From Catajapyx aquilonaris (taxonomy: Eukaryota), in NCBI GenBank assembly GCA_000934665.2, contig KZ538751.1, positions 1 through 49,932 on the forward strand: a DNA stretch of 49,932 bases, read 5' to 3'. A program made the position numbers and the translations under genes. Shown piece by piece: positions 14,140-26,084 of the stretch. The notes beneath the pieces are model-generated. The model had not been told where the DNA came from and searched no databases. It saw nothing but the letters and a program-made list of their open reading frames with translations. Numbering within the stretch: the first letter of the stretch is position 1; each line of letters begins with the position of its first letter.

Positions 14140-17100
14140 AAGTTCATAATTCGCCAGAAGGAAATGGGATGTTGCCCGACTTCCTACAACATTTATCGAT
14201 ATTCTTGGGTGGCGTCGATTTTTGGCTGGTGGCTATTATGCAAGTCCGGCGGCATTTATAGTCGGGTCTAATCACGGAAGATGCCCTTTGCTGGGTCCAA
14301 GGAAGTATAAACAGGGGTGGTTTATGACCATAATTAATCGGGGGGTACTTCGGCAACTTTATGGCGGTTTCATATTTGTCGGGGGGTCGCTTATCGCGAT
14401 GGTCAAGTGGAAGCGATAAGCTCCGGATACACCTCGTCGTAAAGGCGGCGACAAGAGGGCGGCGAAGTGAAAAAATACGTCTTTAGTGTGCGGTAGCGAC
14501 GCCTTCGGACCATGAGACAAATGAGTTGGCAACCGCATATGGTCTTTTTTGTCTTCTCCCAGGATGTCCGGTCCGATATGGACATTCCTACTGGTATAAT
14601 TAGTCGGACCTCTGGCGAGATGAAATTCGGGGGTCGGCACGTGCTGGAATTGCTGGAGAAACCAGGAATTTCCGATACGAGTCGGGCTAGAAAAGGGTCG
14701 ACCGGGGCTCTTTGTCAACCGAGCGCCTTGTCCGTTTTCAAAAGACGGGTTGGGCTGGCACCTTGCCGGGGAGATGGCTCTTCAAAGAGACCACAAGAGC
14801 AATCCGGATATCGGTCAGATTTGGGAAGCCCGTTTGATTTCGCACGTGAGAGGCCAATATGGGGGTCTGGTAGAATTTTGGTATGCTTTGTGACATTTTT
14901 GCAACATGAGTACATACACCTGCATGAATGGCATCGACTTTACTGACGTGTTTGCGTATATTATAACAGCCCCCCCATTCATTCTCGACATGTATTGCTG
15001 ACAACAGCCGGCGGCAGAATATTATCGCACATTGCACATGTTGCTCCACTACACACCTGCTTCAAACGCTGTAATAACCACACGTTGCCAGATTGATTTT
15101 AGTCTACAGAAGCGCATACTGCTTTCAACAAAAGGAAAGTCTGTTCGGAAGACAGTGCAAGCCATTAGCGGGTAGGAAAACGAGAGGCACATTTACAAGG
15201 CGACTGCATGCGAAAGGCCTATTCTAAAGTTTCCTGCCATTGTGGGATTGAATGGAGGTATTTTCCCTCCACGCCGCGGAAAAGCCTGGCTGCCACAAAC
15301 AAAACTTTTCGACAATTGAGGGACGAAAAGCCGCGAGCTGTTACATCGGCACGGTTGAACAAATACCGAAGCGCGTGCTTTTGCGGCCAACCCAAGTGTT
15401 ACAAAGCTATTCGGCCACGTTATAATCTTAATAACCGAAGAGTTGATTAGTGTTCGGCCAGTGAGTGATGGTGCAGATGGTGCCGGACAGAGCGAATTTC
15501 TTCTGCTGGAACGTGATGGTGCATTGCGGGCGTCTTGAGAGGGGAATATGTCGATCATATTTTAACGGTGGTTCCTCCAATAGCTTTACCCTGTACTGAA
15601 TCCCAAATGACAGTTTAATTTTGCATTTGAGATGGCTGGGGGAAGCCGGAGAGCTCTTTGTGTGGTACTTGATGGCGGTCATTGGGAGGTTGCTAGGGGT
15701 GAAAATTTTTTCAGGAGGGTTTTCTTCGTCGAATATTGCTCATTAGCATAATTTGGTATTAATAGTTGCTAGTGGGCGGTTGGGTGTTAAAGGACGTGCT
15801 GGGGCGGTTGAATAACGGGGTGATGACGATGGAGGAAGTTTATATACAGTAATCAGTATGCATGAATCATATAAAATTGCGCGAAATGCTTTATAAGGGA
15901 ACTGGACCCCCTGGCTAAGGGAAATTCTCAAAATTGCTGTGGTTGGCTCACCACATGGAGCCTGGTGAGTAGTTTATGATGTCATATCCATTATGTGGTT
16001 GGCAAGACTGCAGAGAGGGATGATGTAGTGCATCCGGGGCTCAGAAGTAAACAACAACAATGACCTTTGACCCCGCGTCTCATTCCAGAGGCTGAGGAAA
16101 AGAATGGTGGGGGGGCTTCCACATTAAGACTGGCACCTATTAGTCTGTTGCCGTAGTAACCGACTATTGATTGGGCATGCAATCGGCTTGCCTGTCACGG
16201 AGGCGACGGGGAGGGGCCCACCAGCAGAAGGGCTGATGCGTGGGTGGGGTCGGCGGAGGGGCAAATACCCACAAGAAGTACGCCGGAGACGGGCTGGGAT
16301 TGTAGGGCACGCCACATTCATCGGCGGTTTTTTCCCGCCGGCGAATCGCTCAAGGGAAGACACACGGTACCCGAACGATTTTTTGGAGGGGGCTAAATGC
16401 GGAACCTGTTGATGACTAACCCGGATAAGTCGGGTAGACTCGAAAATAATTATTGGGCATTACGTCAGAGTTAATCAACTTTTATTCGCGAAATTTTTGC
16501 AGAGCCGCGAATACGCTGTTTGTTTGCTATGTTGCACTCGGCTGTGGCCGCAAGCTCATCATGGCGTGATTAACATGTCCATTAAATGACGCGACGTTGG
16601 TTTTGGGGGGTGTGGGAGGCTGAATATGACCTGGGTTGAGGCTAGAAGGATTATGGACCTGTGGGAAGACTCGGGTTGAGGCTATGGATAAATCTAGGGT
16701 TGTCATGGCAACCTGTTGCTTGAACCGGGCGGGTGGAGTCGGACCGGATTGTTTGAAAGAGGCGCAGATTAGGCCCAATTTTCATTCAGAATTTCCAGCG
16801 GAAGAGATTAAACGGTGGAGGGGGGCGTTTTTGCGTTGGGTGATGCATTTTCCGCGTCGTTTCTCCCAATGCGACCCACCCTCGCGCCCTCTGCTCAGTA
16901 AGAAGGCATTGATCCGCTTAAAGGGCTCTCTCGGTTTTATCGTCGCGAAGACGGTAAAACGCAGCTGGGAGGTCTTACAAGGTTGGTCCTTCCATTCATA
17001 TCGATTCACTATTCGATGGGCGCCGACTGGATGACCGGCTCTAAAGTGACGTTTCGGGACTGGGTCCAAAAAGAAGAAGAAAAAAAAAATGGTGCTGGGT

Positions 17101-18631
17101 CCGGATTTTATAAACGGCATTAACATGTAGTGGCTGGCCAACCGGGGGGGGAGTAGGATTACCGGACCGAAACGTCTAGTCATGAATGAAGGGGTAATCA
17201 ATATGAATCATGGCGATTGAATTTGTAATTTGGTTAGGAAAGCCCAGATTGAGTGGGAGGCTATGCGGTTCTGTGCGGGGGTTTGGTTGAGGCTATATTT
17301 TTATTTGGTTGAAAACTTATGGGAGAATCATGAAGTGTGCGACATAATGGGGTCTTTCTAGTTTCTGGGGCGTCGTTGAGCGTCGGTGGCGTCTGCAGCC
17401 TAAGGGGGCTTATGCGCCGCCTGCGCCGAAGCGAGAAAGCGAGCTCAGGTGTAATTACATAATTGCACAATAAATTTCGGCACCCCGGCAGTTTCGATTC
17501 GGCAATCCGGGGCAGAGAGAGAGAGGGAAAAGGGGAAGAAGAGAGCCGCAATGCGGGGAGGGACTATACTAAAGGGGGAGAATTAGTTTGAAATTGGCGC
17601 TGATTTTCGATTGGTCATGCCTGGTCAACTAGTTCGGTATTCACCCGTCTGATGCCAGCGGCGTCCAGGGAATAGTGCCATCTTTTGACAGCGTCCGGGT
17701 CGATATTGCAATCTGGTTAAAATTTTAATTGGTTTGGCACACGCTCAGTTCCACGTCCGAGTTTGGAGTAGAATGGAGCGTATGTGGAACTATGACGGTG
17801 TCGGATTGGAAACCGTTATGGAATGGGGGAGGTGTCTTGGAGAGAGCGTACAAAAGGGAGCTGGTGCGCCCATGGCGCCTGGTGTCAAGTGGGATGGCGG
17901 CAAAGCACCCGAACGTGACATGGCCCGGAAACGAGAGGTCTCAGGAGAGAGAAAACTGGTTCCCCTCTCCCAGTAAAGTTCTGCAGGAAATCGAAGGCGC
18001 ACCAGACTGCAACCACCATTCAAGCCTGCTGCACGGGGTATTAGTTTACAATCAGGTTGGGAGGCCTATCAAAAGGGGAAAAGTTTAGGAAATATGGAAA
18101 CGCAGAAATTCCCCTACTTCCTGGATGGTGGTAGGGCCATGGGGGGGAAGTATGAATCAATTTTGGTGGAGTAATCGTCACGGTGCGTCGTGCTCGGATG
18201 ACCCGGGTCGACACCCATTTGCATAACGAGTCGGTGCCCTCACCTTCTCACCTGATGCCTGAGCCAGAAAAATTTAACGAGCTTTTTTGGGGGCGTTCAG
18301 GTGGGCCATCTTCCCTTTCCGCTCCGGAGACTAAGTGGGCACTAGTCTCCAGTCCTGGTGATCCGAATCAATGGAGAGCCCCCATAAGAAAGTTCCTTTA
18401 TGGCTGCTTCGTGTTCTGCAGCAGCTGCGACGGAGTTTTTGGGGAGAGAAAAAGGTGTCTCGGAATCTGTCGTAGATCCTCGCTTGGGACATACTCAAAT
18501 GTCATCATTTCTTTCGGGGAAGTGACGGGTCTATATATGAGCCGGGTCGCGGGCACCCGGTACAAACAGCTTAATTATTTCCAGTTTTCCGGGTTTATAG
18601 GAATATCGGATGGCACTCTGGTAGTATGCCG

Positions 18632-18980
18632 TCCTAATAAGGGAATGACCAAGGGTGGTCACCTCCGATTTGGCTGAAATTTTCATGCTGGGTCAATAAT
18701 GTGCCATAAACACAGCGGTGAAAGTCCTAAATGGCGATGTTCAGCCGTTTCCGAGATATGAGTGACAATGCATCCGAATTTTGCCGCGAGCACTTGCCCC
18801 TTTCCCGCCCGACCCCTGTACGCGGGCCAAAATTCGGATGCTTCTGTTGCTCATATCTCGGAAACGGATGAACATTGCCATTTAGGACTTTCACCACTGT
18901 GTTTATGGCACATTATTGACCCATCATGCAAATTTTAGACAAATCGGAGTCGACCACCCTGGATCATTTTCTTGTAAGTA
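18632..18980. mobile_element. MITE-like foldback element, copy 2 (same family as 13796-14139)
   Basis: Inverted arms of about 150 bp. Shares ggtgaaagt, cagccgtttccgagatatgag and the spacer motif ttcccgcccgac with copy 1. Right end cttgtaagta is the reverse complement of the left end of copy 1. Confidence 0.85.
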
Positions 18981-18990
18981 GAAACACCCT

Positions 18991-19108
18991 AACTCCAAAA
19001 CTAGTAAGGGTGAAGATCGCGTGCATGCTCTGTACTAATCCCCTCTGACTCAGTAGGGGATTAGTGCAGGACATGCATGCGACTGTCACCCTTACTAGTT
19101 TTGGAGTT
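18991..19108. repeat. 118-nt near-perfect hairpin (short inverted repeat)
   Basis: aactccaaaactagtaagggtga pairs perfectly with tcacccttactagttttggagtt (23 bp). The stem continues to actaatcccct/aggggattagt, closing a loop of about 10 nt. Confidence 0.85.
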
Positions 19109-20241
19109 TCTTTTTGGGACGGCAGCGCAAGAATTTTGGGCACGTGGTTTGTCTTTTGAATGCGGAGTTTATAGCGGACGGTAGTGGAAAGCAATTCGTG
19201 TCGTGCCATTATTTGCTTTATGAGCTGTGGTTTTTGTGGGTGGTGTTACGGCATGGTTTTTGCAGAAAAATGGATCATTAATGTGAGTGCTGGAAATTGT
19301 GAAAGAACTTGCGACAAGATTATGTGCGGGTGGTTAAAAAATTGTGTGGAAACTGTTTTGATAGGCTGGTAAAAATGATGCAACAAATTGCAGTTGCCCC
19401 TTTTGAAAGCGATGGGCCGTTAAATGTTCGTGGCAGCGTGATAGGGTTTTTGTGTGGTACAATCAGGTAGTGTGAAGTACTTGAAGTAGTGTAGATTTCC
19501 ACATATAGGACTAAATGGTACTTCTGGGCTGAATCAATATTTTATAGTACAATTTTTTTCGTCCACCGCCATGTTTCGTAGGCCATGGTTAAGTAAGCAA
19601 GTAGCGCACACTCAGGGAATTGGGTCCCGTGACAGGCGAAGGGATAGTTAGGGTACGGAGGCAGGACTGAGAGGATTGGATGGCCCTAGGAGAGGCCGAG
19701 ACGCACCCCCGAGGAGCTCTTCTTCTCTTCCACGGCGCTACCAGGGCGCTCCCAGTGCACTCACAATTCAGGGGTTCCGCCGCCTGTAACAGAAGGTATT
19801 GTGCGCTCTGTGTAATTGACCAATAGGAAACTCCCGCAATAAAACCGGGGATGGATGGCTCCCCTGGTACCGCCGGAGACGGAGGCATTAAATTTACATG
19901 ATTGGTGCGCGCATTAACCCGCGTTTAGCCGCGATCTTCAGTGCTAGCATCAATATTGTCGCATGTCTTGGGCGAAGCGCCTGCGTCGGTCGTGACGTGG
20001 ACGTGACACGCACGTGACTCAAAGTCGAATGGAAATTTAGTTATGAGCGCAAATTGCAAAGCGGCCCTCGTTTTAGGGAGCATCAAAGGGTTGTATCATC
20101 GAGATTGCCATAAGAAGATTAGAGGAGATTAGGAGACTGCTGCCTGAGTTATCCTCCGTAGCAATTAGCCGCATCACTGAAGGCAACTGCCGATATTTTT
20201 TTTTTAACGCTGTTTTCTTCATTTTCTACCCACTTTCGTAG

Positions 20242-20412
20242 GGCCGGTGTAATCGAGAGAAGCCACCATGCAAGTACTTCCATCCTCCGCAACACTTAAA
20301 GGACCAGCTGCTGATCAACGGCCGCAACCACCTCGCCTTGAAGAACGCCCTCATGCAACAGATGGGCCTGACCCCGGGCCAGCCCCTAGTTCCCGGACAG
20401 GTGCCCACTGTG
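20242..20412 (+). CDS. mbl: Muscleblind exon: C-terminal half of ZnF2 and conserved helix
   Basis: tag|GGC...GTG|gtgagt, 171 nt, phase 0/0. Translates [57 protein letters not shown], the characteristic arthropod Muscleblind sequence. Confidence 0.97.
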
Positions 20413-21869
20413 GTGAGTTCGCACCTTTCTGGAGCACTTTTTGACACATTTTGCACACACACATCATGCTGATCAATGTCTGGGGGCACCACAATTGACG
20501 TCACACCTTGCACACTTTTATATATATATAAAAAAATATTTTGCAGTGCATGCACAATGGGGACAAAGACAGTGGGGAAAGAGGGACAACAGACCCATAA
20601 AGTGTCTGGTGGAACGATCCAGGAAAAGTGTGGTAAAACAAGCATTTTACAGTTCGAGAGCTATTCATAGTCGCAGGTAATAATGGTAAGGGGGTGGGGA
20701 TGAAAGGCGGTCCGGCGAGCTACTTTCGGGAGGCTGTCGAGCTGCCGACAGGAATGCACCCTTGGACACCCTTCGAAATTGCTGGGTGTGCAACAAGGTC
20801 GTAGGGACGTTAAAGAAACAGCAATAGGCCCGACCAATTAACGATGTAGTGGAAAAAGAATTAATGGTGCCGAGGGAAATCGTAGGAGGAACTCGTTTCG
20901 GGGATTGCGGCTCCCGTCAAGGTCTATTTTTGAGTAGAAAACCAGCTGCGCGAGGTAACTGAACTGACTTAACTGCTCAGACAGCTTTGAAGGTGAAAGC
21001 AGGTCTTTATGGGGGTGATAATTGGGCTTTCATATGTTGGTTGCCTGGCACAATTTTTTGGACAGGTCAGAAGACAGCTTCATGATAGGTGCATTATCCG
21101 GTGTGTTGAAGTAAAGCAAGGGTAACGTGGCCACATAAACAGTCATTGATCAGCGGTGCGCTCATACACAAAATGCTGCTTATGAAAAGGTGCATACAGG
21201 GTGGGACGTAGTTCCCTGCATTATGGTGAGCCGGAGAGTGATTACAATAATAGGGCCATAATGCAGGAGATTGTGAATCACCCGGTGCTGCTTGAGTGTT
21301 TTTGTGTATTATTGGGGTGGTTCTCACATTGCAAGTTTTGTCATGTGTAGATAGATACAGAATGCAGGGGTTGCAACCTTTTGATAATCATCGGATCTAT
21401 ATATAGTAATTGCAAGCTTTTTTTCCGTATTGTTGTCAGATTGCATGGGGTGGAGTTTGGCTTGTGCATGTTGGGCTTGTGCTGGTTTATTGTCTTTGTA
21501 TTTTCCAGTATATGCACAGACTTATGTAGTTTTGGACAGACATATAGCTCACTATGAACTTGGTGGGACAGTTTCCTGTAGTAAGATTAAATCCCTCCCC
21601 CTTTCACCCGCGGCACATCTTATGATTTGATTTTGATTAAGTTGCAAGAGCAGGCCGTAATTTTTCCACATGACAAAATATTCGCGATCCTATTAGTTTG
21701 TGAAACAAAATTTTTTTTTTGCTACAGCCAGTCTCTCAACCACGTGGGAGTCTACCTCACGAGTTAATTCACTGGCGCATGTGGGATCCTCTGGTAGCGT
21801 ACACGTCTTGTTTTAAACCTGTAACAGTCAACTTTATGCTTTGTTTTCTTTTTTCCTTTGTTTTTGGAG

Positions 21870-21929
21870 GTCTCTGGGAAGCTGCCGTACCTTACTCACC
21901 TGCCGCTTGGCCAGCCTGTAGGCCTAATG
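21870..21929 (+). CDS. mbl: Candidate small in-frame cassette exon (60 nt, or 48 nt from 21882)
   Basis: Long T-rich tract at 21833-21865 and donor ATG|gtaatg. Phase 0/0, encoding VSGKLPYLTHLPLGQPVGLM. The acceptors (GAG or AAG) are atypical. Confidence 0.3.
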
Positions 21930-22582
21930 GTAATGGTTCTGCTTATGTACTTAACATTCTGTTCCACACCTTGTTCCACCCACCTCTTACAGATTTTTAG
22001 TGTTAATGTTCATGTGTACAAAATTTTGTTGATTCCTTTTTGTGTATTGCTGTATGTGAGTGTTGTTAATAACCTCATATAATCAGTAGTTAGTGTGGTG
22101 CCTTGCTAATAGAAGGGATGGGATAATTTGGCAGTAACACACAAACTCTCATTACTTCACAGTAATACTTTGCTTGGGTGTCATGTTGGTTTCACAAAAA
22201 AGAGGTTATAAAAACAGTCGAGTCAAATGTCATAATTCACCACAGAAGTGGTCTGTAAGTGTCATCCGCTTATTTGATGGATCCAAAGCGTTAATGGATT
22301 GTTGGATTTTATAGTGGTACTTAATTTGTGCCTCCAGCACTGGGGTCATGCACATGTTTTAACTATTTCCCCCCCTTCTGCTTGAATGGAAAAGCAGACT
22401 TTAAAGTTGCATAGGATGCTATTCTGTCCTCATGTGGGCTCCACATTGGCATTGCTACTGACAGTCCATTAGTACCTTATATGAGATCCCATGTATGCCA
22501 AGGTATAATTCAAAAAGAGAACAAAACCGGGGAATTCCCGACTAATTAGTTTCTCCCTGGTGTTGCCTCCATGACCCAGCAG

Positions 22583-22759
22583 GCCACCAGTCCCTACCTG
22601 ACAGGTGTACCGCAGGTCGGTAGCACTTTCAGCCCCTACTTCAGCCCAAGTCCCCTGGTGCCCCTGGTGCCCCCTGAGGCCGCTGTGGCCTCCCCATTGG
22701 GTGTGGTTCCTCAGTCTGTGGTCACGCCACAGAAAGTGCCCCGATCAGACCGCCTTGAG
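22583..22759 (+). CDS. mbl: Muscleblind linker exon ending in RSDRLE
   Basis: cagcag|GCC...GAG|gtatgt, 177 nt, phase 0/0. Translates ATSPYLTGVPQVGSTFSPYFSPSPLVPLVPPEAAVASPLGVVPQSVVTPQKVPRSDRLE. The tandem CAGCAG acceptor also allows a start at 22580. Confidence 0.95.
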
Positions 22760-24102
22760 GTATGTCTAGATTAGTTCTATTTTTTCCATTAACTGTAACA
22801 AGTCAGCTTCTTATGGGTAGTTTTGTGTGTGGTGAATGCCCTAGTGTCTTTTTGGTCGACAACCGCATAGGGTTAGGCTCGTAGTTTGTAGTGGTTTATT
22901 GGTTTTGGCCATGAGTGTTGAGTGGCTGTGTGAAGGAATTGGTCTGGCCTCTGACGTCGTTTGAGGACATGACTGGGCCAGTGTGTCCAACTAAACAAGT
23001 TTGTTTCAGAGCTTACAGGTCCAGATTACTAGACATTAAGGACACCGGGGTGACATAACTTGTTTATTTGGTTTACAGGAGACAGAGGGTGGCAGTACAC
23101 AACATACACATCTTTCGTTCAACACACTTCTTGCCAGAAATGTTGACAGTCAGATGAAAGGGTTTTATTTCATGTGGATGGTTGAGGATTATCATTTCAC
23201 CATGATTTGGTTTCCCCTGCACCCGAGATACAAGGAAACAAGTTGCTGTTGATTTCACACGTTTTGCAGGATGAGAAGTTTCCCTTGAAATTTAAGAGGG
23301 GGAGTTTCACTTCGTTGGACATCAAGATGCTGGCATATCACAAATAATGAAGATCAGTCCAGTTACGGAAGAATTCAGCTAGCAGTAGAAGACATAATGG
23401 ATTGAACTGATTGGTGGTTTACTTTGCACGTGACTTGTCAAAATTTTGTACTGTTATGGAAAATATCACGTGCACTTGGAAAAATTATGCTCAAAATTAT
23501 GTAAAATTCACCCTCAAGGTCAAGAGGGGCATGCGTTTATATCTGTGTAATGCTGACAGTATTCAGCAATATGAAACACCCTAAAAAAAAGTGATGGGCT
23601 GGTGGTATGCCTGCTTTGAATATTGGCTGTAATAATGTGATTAGGAAGTCTCTACTTTATGACATTGGCTTGGCCCAAAAATTCAGTCATTAAATGCCAC
23701 GACCAAAGTGATCATGTAGCTTTGCGTTTTGTGCAGGGTTGTGCTGTATTTTATTAATGATCTTCCTGAGGAATGCAAGTGTGCCATCAAAAATTGCAGA
23801 GACAAAAGTGGCTTTTTGAGGTGCAGGAAATAGGTGCATTGGCACGAGAATGGCACAGAGCAGGCATTATCAGATGACCATTCGGCATGGCAAGATGCTG
23901 TCAACAAGAAGCGGAAGACGCCATAAAGCAGAATCAGCGGCAGTTCTTGGGCTCGAGTAGCTTTCTTGTAGCTGCGCTGAACTTTCACACCTTTTCTTCT
24001 CTGTTCTTCGTACCTCTCTATATAATTTGATTCTTTACCTGTACCGCTCTACCTCTTTTCTCTCTCTATCTATATTTCTCTCTTTCTCCCATTCATTTTC
24101 AG

Positions 24103-24108
24103 GCTCCC
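24103..24108 (+). CDS. mbl: Candidate 6-nt microexon (Ala-Pro)
   Basis: 129-nt AG-free, pyrimidine-rich tract (23972-24100), then ttttcag|GCTCCC|gtgagc. Frame-preserving. Confidence 0.35.
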
Positions 24109-25859
24109 GTGAGCCAGACTCATATTCTGTATCTTTTGCTTGCCTTTTTGTGGCCCTTCCCACTATTCTGTACTTACTTGGCTCTCTCTCTCACGCAGCT
24201 GTTCTTCCCACATCATATAGGCTACCACCAAACAAGGCATGCAGGATGTCATCAAGGTTGACGCTTTGGGCATTGTCCTTCTGCTTTTTGGATCTGCACC
24301 AGTATTTTACCCTCATGCATACCAGCATTTTCGAGTGCCTTATTTCCTTCAGCAACAGTGATTCCCCCCACCCCCCACCCCGTACTGCTACTTATAACCA
24401 CTCGAGGCTCCGTCACAGGCACTGCACACCAAGGGGAAATCTGTGATGGAACTCTCTGGGCATTGGAGATCCACTCCTGACACGCTCACAGTTTGCCTGC
24501 TCTTTGATGTTGGGAAAGGGGAATCGGTATTATGCCTCAAGTACCCAAGGCGTGTGCATCTTGTTTATACCATGAGTAATAGCTTAACTGTGCCGTTAAT
24601 ATGAACTTTTGTTGAGGTAGTAATATCGCAAGATTAAATGGAAGTAATGAACTGGAAGAGCCTTAGGTTGATAGCACCTAGGAGAGTGCAATGGCTTCAC
24701 CAAAGAGCATTGCTGTAGGTACTTAATGCTTCAGGAAAAAAACTGGCCTGGCAAGTAGAATCTTGTTGGGAATGTCATTGTACTTATTTGGGTACCACTG
24801 ACCAGATGATCCTCAGGCTATTTGACTGTATATTTTAATGTGTAGGTCGGTCTTTGATTCATCTTGAAGTCTAATATAATTTTAGGGTTATTTTTTTAAA
24901 AAAAGTGTGTCATTACTGTGTTTTCCACTAACCAGTTGCTGTGAAAAGTTCTTTAAAATGCTAGGCATAACCAAATAATAACAATGTGATTTTTGCCCAA
25001 TTTTGTGGGAATGTAATATTTCTAGAGGGGTAATAATATTTCCCAACACAAATGCACTTGGAGTTGCTTTATCACATCAGATTACGTACATGGACAGGAG
25101 TTGCATACCAGATTTGTGCCCTGCTTGAGTGGCAGTATGGTTGTACCTGCCTGCGTGCGATACACCTCCCCCCTGCCCCTGCCCCCCCAGTGGTAGTATC
25201 CTCCCCCACCTGCTATTTCTGCTGTATGGTCTGCTGGCTTGGACAAGTAACCCCCTGCATTACAATACCTCAAGCTGGAATGCCTTTCACTATACCCATG
25301 TCTTCCATGATCCCTTCCTAGGGTATGAGCACTTCAGATGAAAAAATTTGCAGAACTTGACAATAACTTTTTGTTTAATTAGAAAATGAGCATGTTCTTG
25401 TTCCATGCTCTGAAATTGCCATGGTAAGCAATGTGATGTATTCTCAACCGTATGCATTGCTCAGAAATCTTGGTTAATTTTGTGTGCTCCTCAGAATCAG
25501 CAGATCCAACAGATAGAGTTGTACCTTGAGAATATGACATTCAGCAAGTGGGGTTTTTCCGATATCTGAAACATTCCATGTGAGGATTAGTTGAATAGTG
25601 TTCCAAGTTGGTCCATGCTGACACTGAGTGATGCTTTGTAGAGTTCAGGAGTGCTGATCCCTGAGTCGATCCCACCAGACTCTGAACCCTTGATTGTAAG
25701 AGGGCCACCACCAGCAACCTCCTGGCCAGGAGCCCATCTTAGCCTGCTGCCCCCCCAAAGCCCCCCAGCCCCCCGCCCCCCTCTTAGGCCCCAAATCCCC
25801 AAACCTATGGGCATCCCAGTGCTGTAGCTGTAGCTTGGCTTCATTCCTCTCTGCTGTAG

Positions 25860-26084
25860 GTCTGCCGCGAGTATCAGCGAGGAGCGTGCAAACGTGCGGA
25901 GAGCGAGTGCCGCTTTGCCCACCCCCCTGACTCCGTGACGGCCAACGAAGACGGCACTGTCACGGTCTGCATGGACGCTGTGAAGGGGCGCTGCAACCGC
26001 GACCCTTGCCGCTACTTTCACCCCCCTCTCCACCTCCAAGCCCAGCTCAAGGCCGCACAGTCACGGGCCGCCGCTCCCCAAGTG
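25860..26084 (+). CDS. mbl: Muscleblind exon: second tandem CCCH zinc-finger pair (ZnF3/ZnF4)
   Basis: tag|GTC...GTG|gtaggc, 225 nt, phase 0/0. Translates [75 protein letters not shown], with CX7CX6CX3H and CX7CX4CX3H spacing. Confidence 0.97.

Larger units (their letters stand above)
1..20241 (+). other. mbl: Large intron of muscleblind, between the ZnF1 exon (outside the window) and the exon completing ZnF2
   Basis: Ends in a pyrimidine tract and TAG (ttttcttcattttctacccactttcgtag). The next exon starts mid-finger ([10 protein letters not shown]). I found no WLQLEVCREF-like ZnF1 sequence and no convincing ORF in 1-20241. Confidence 0.75.
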
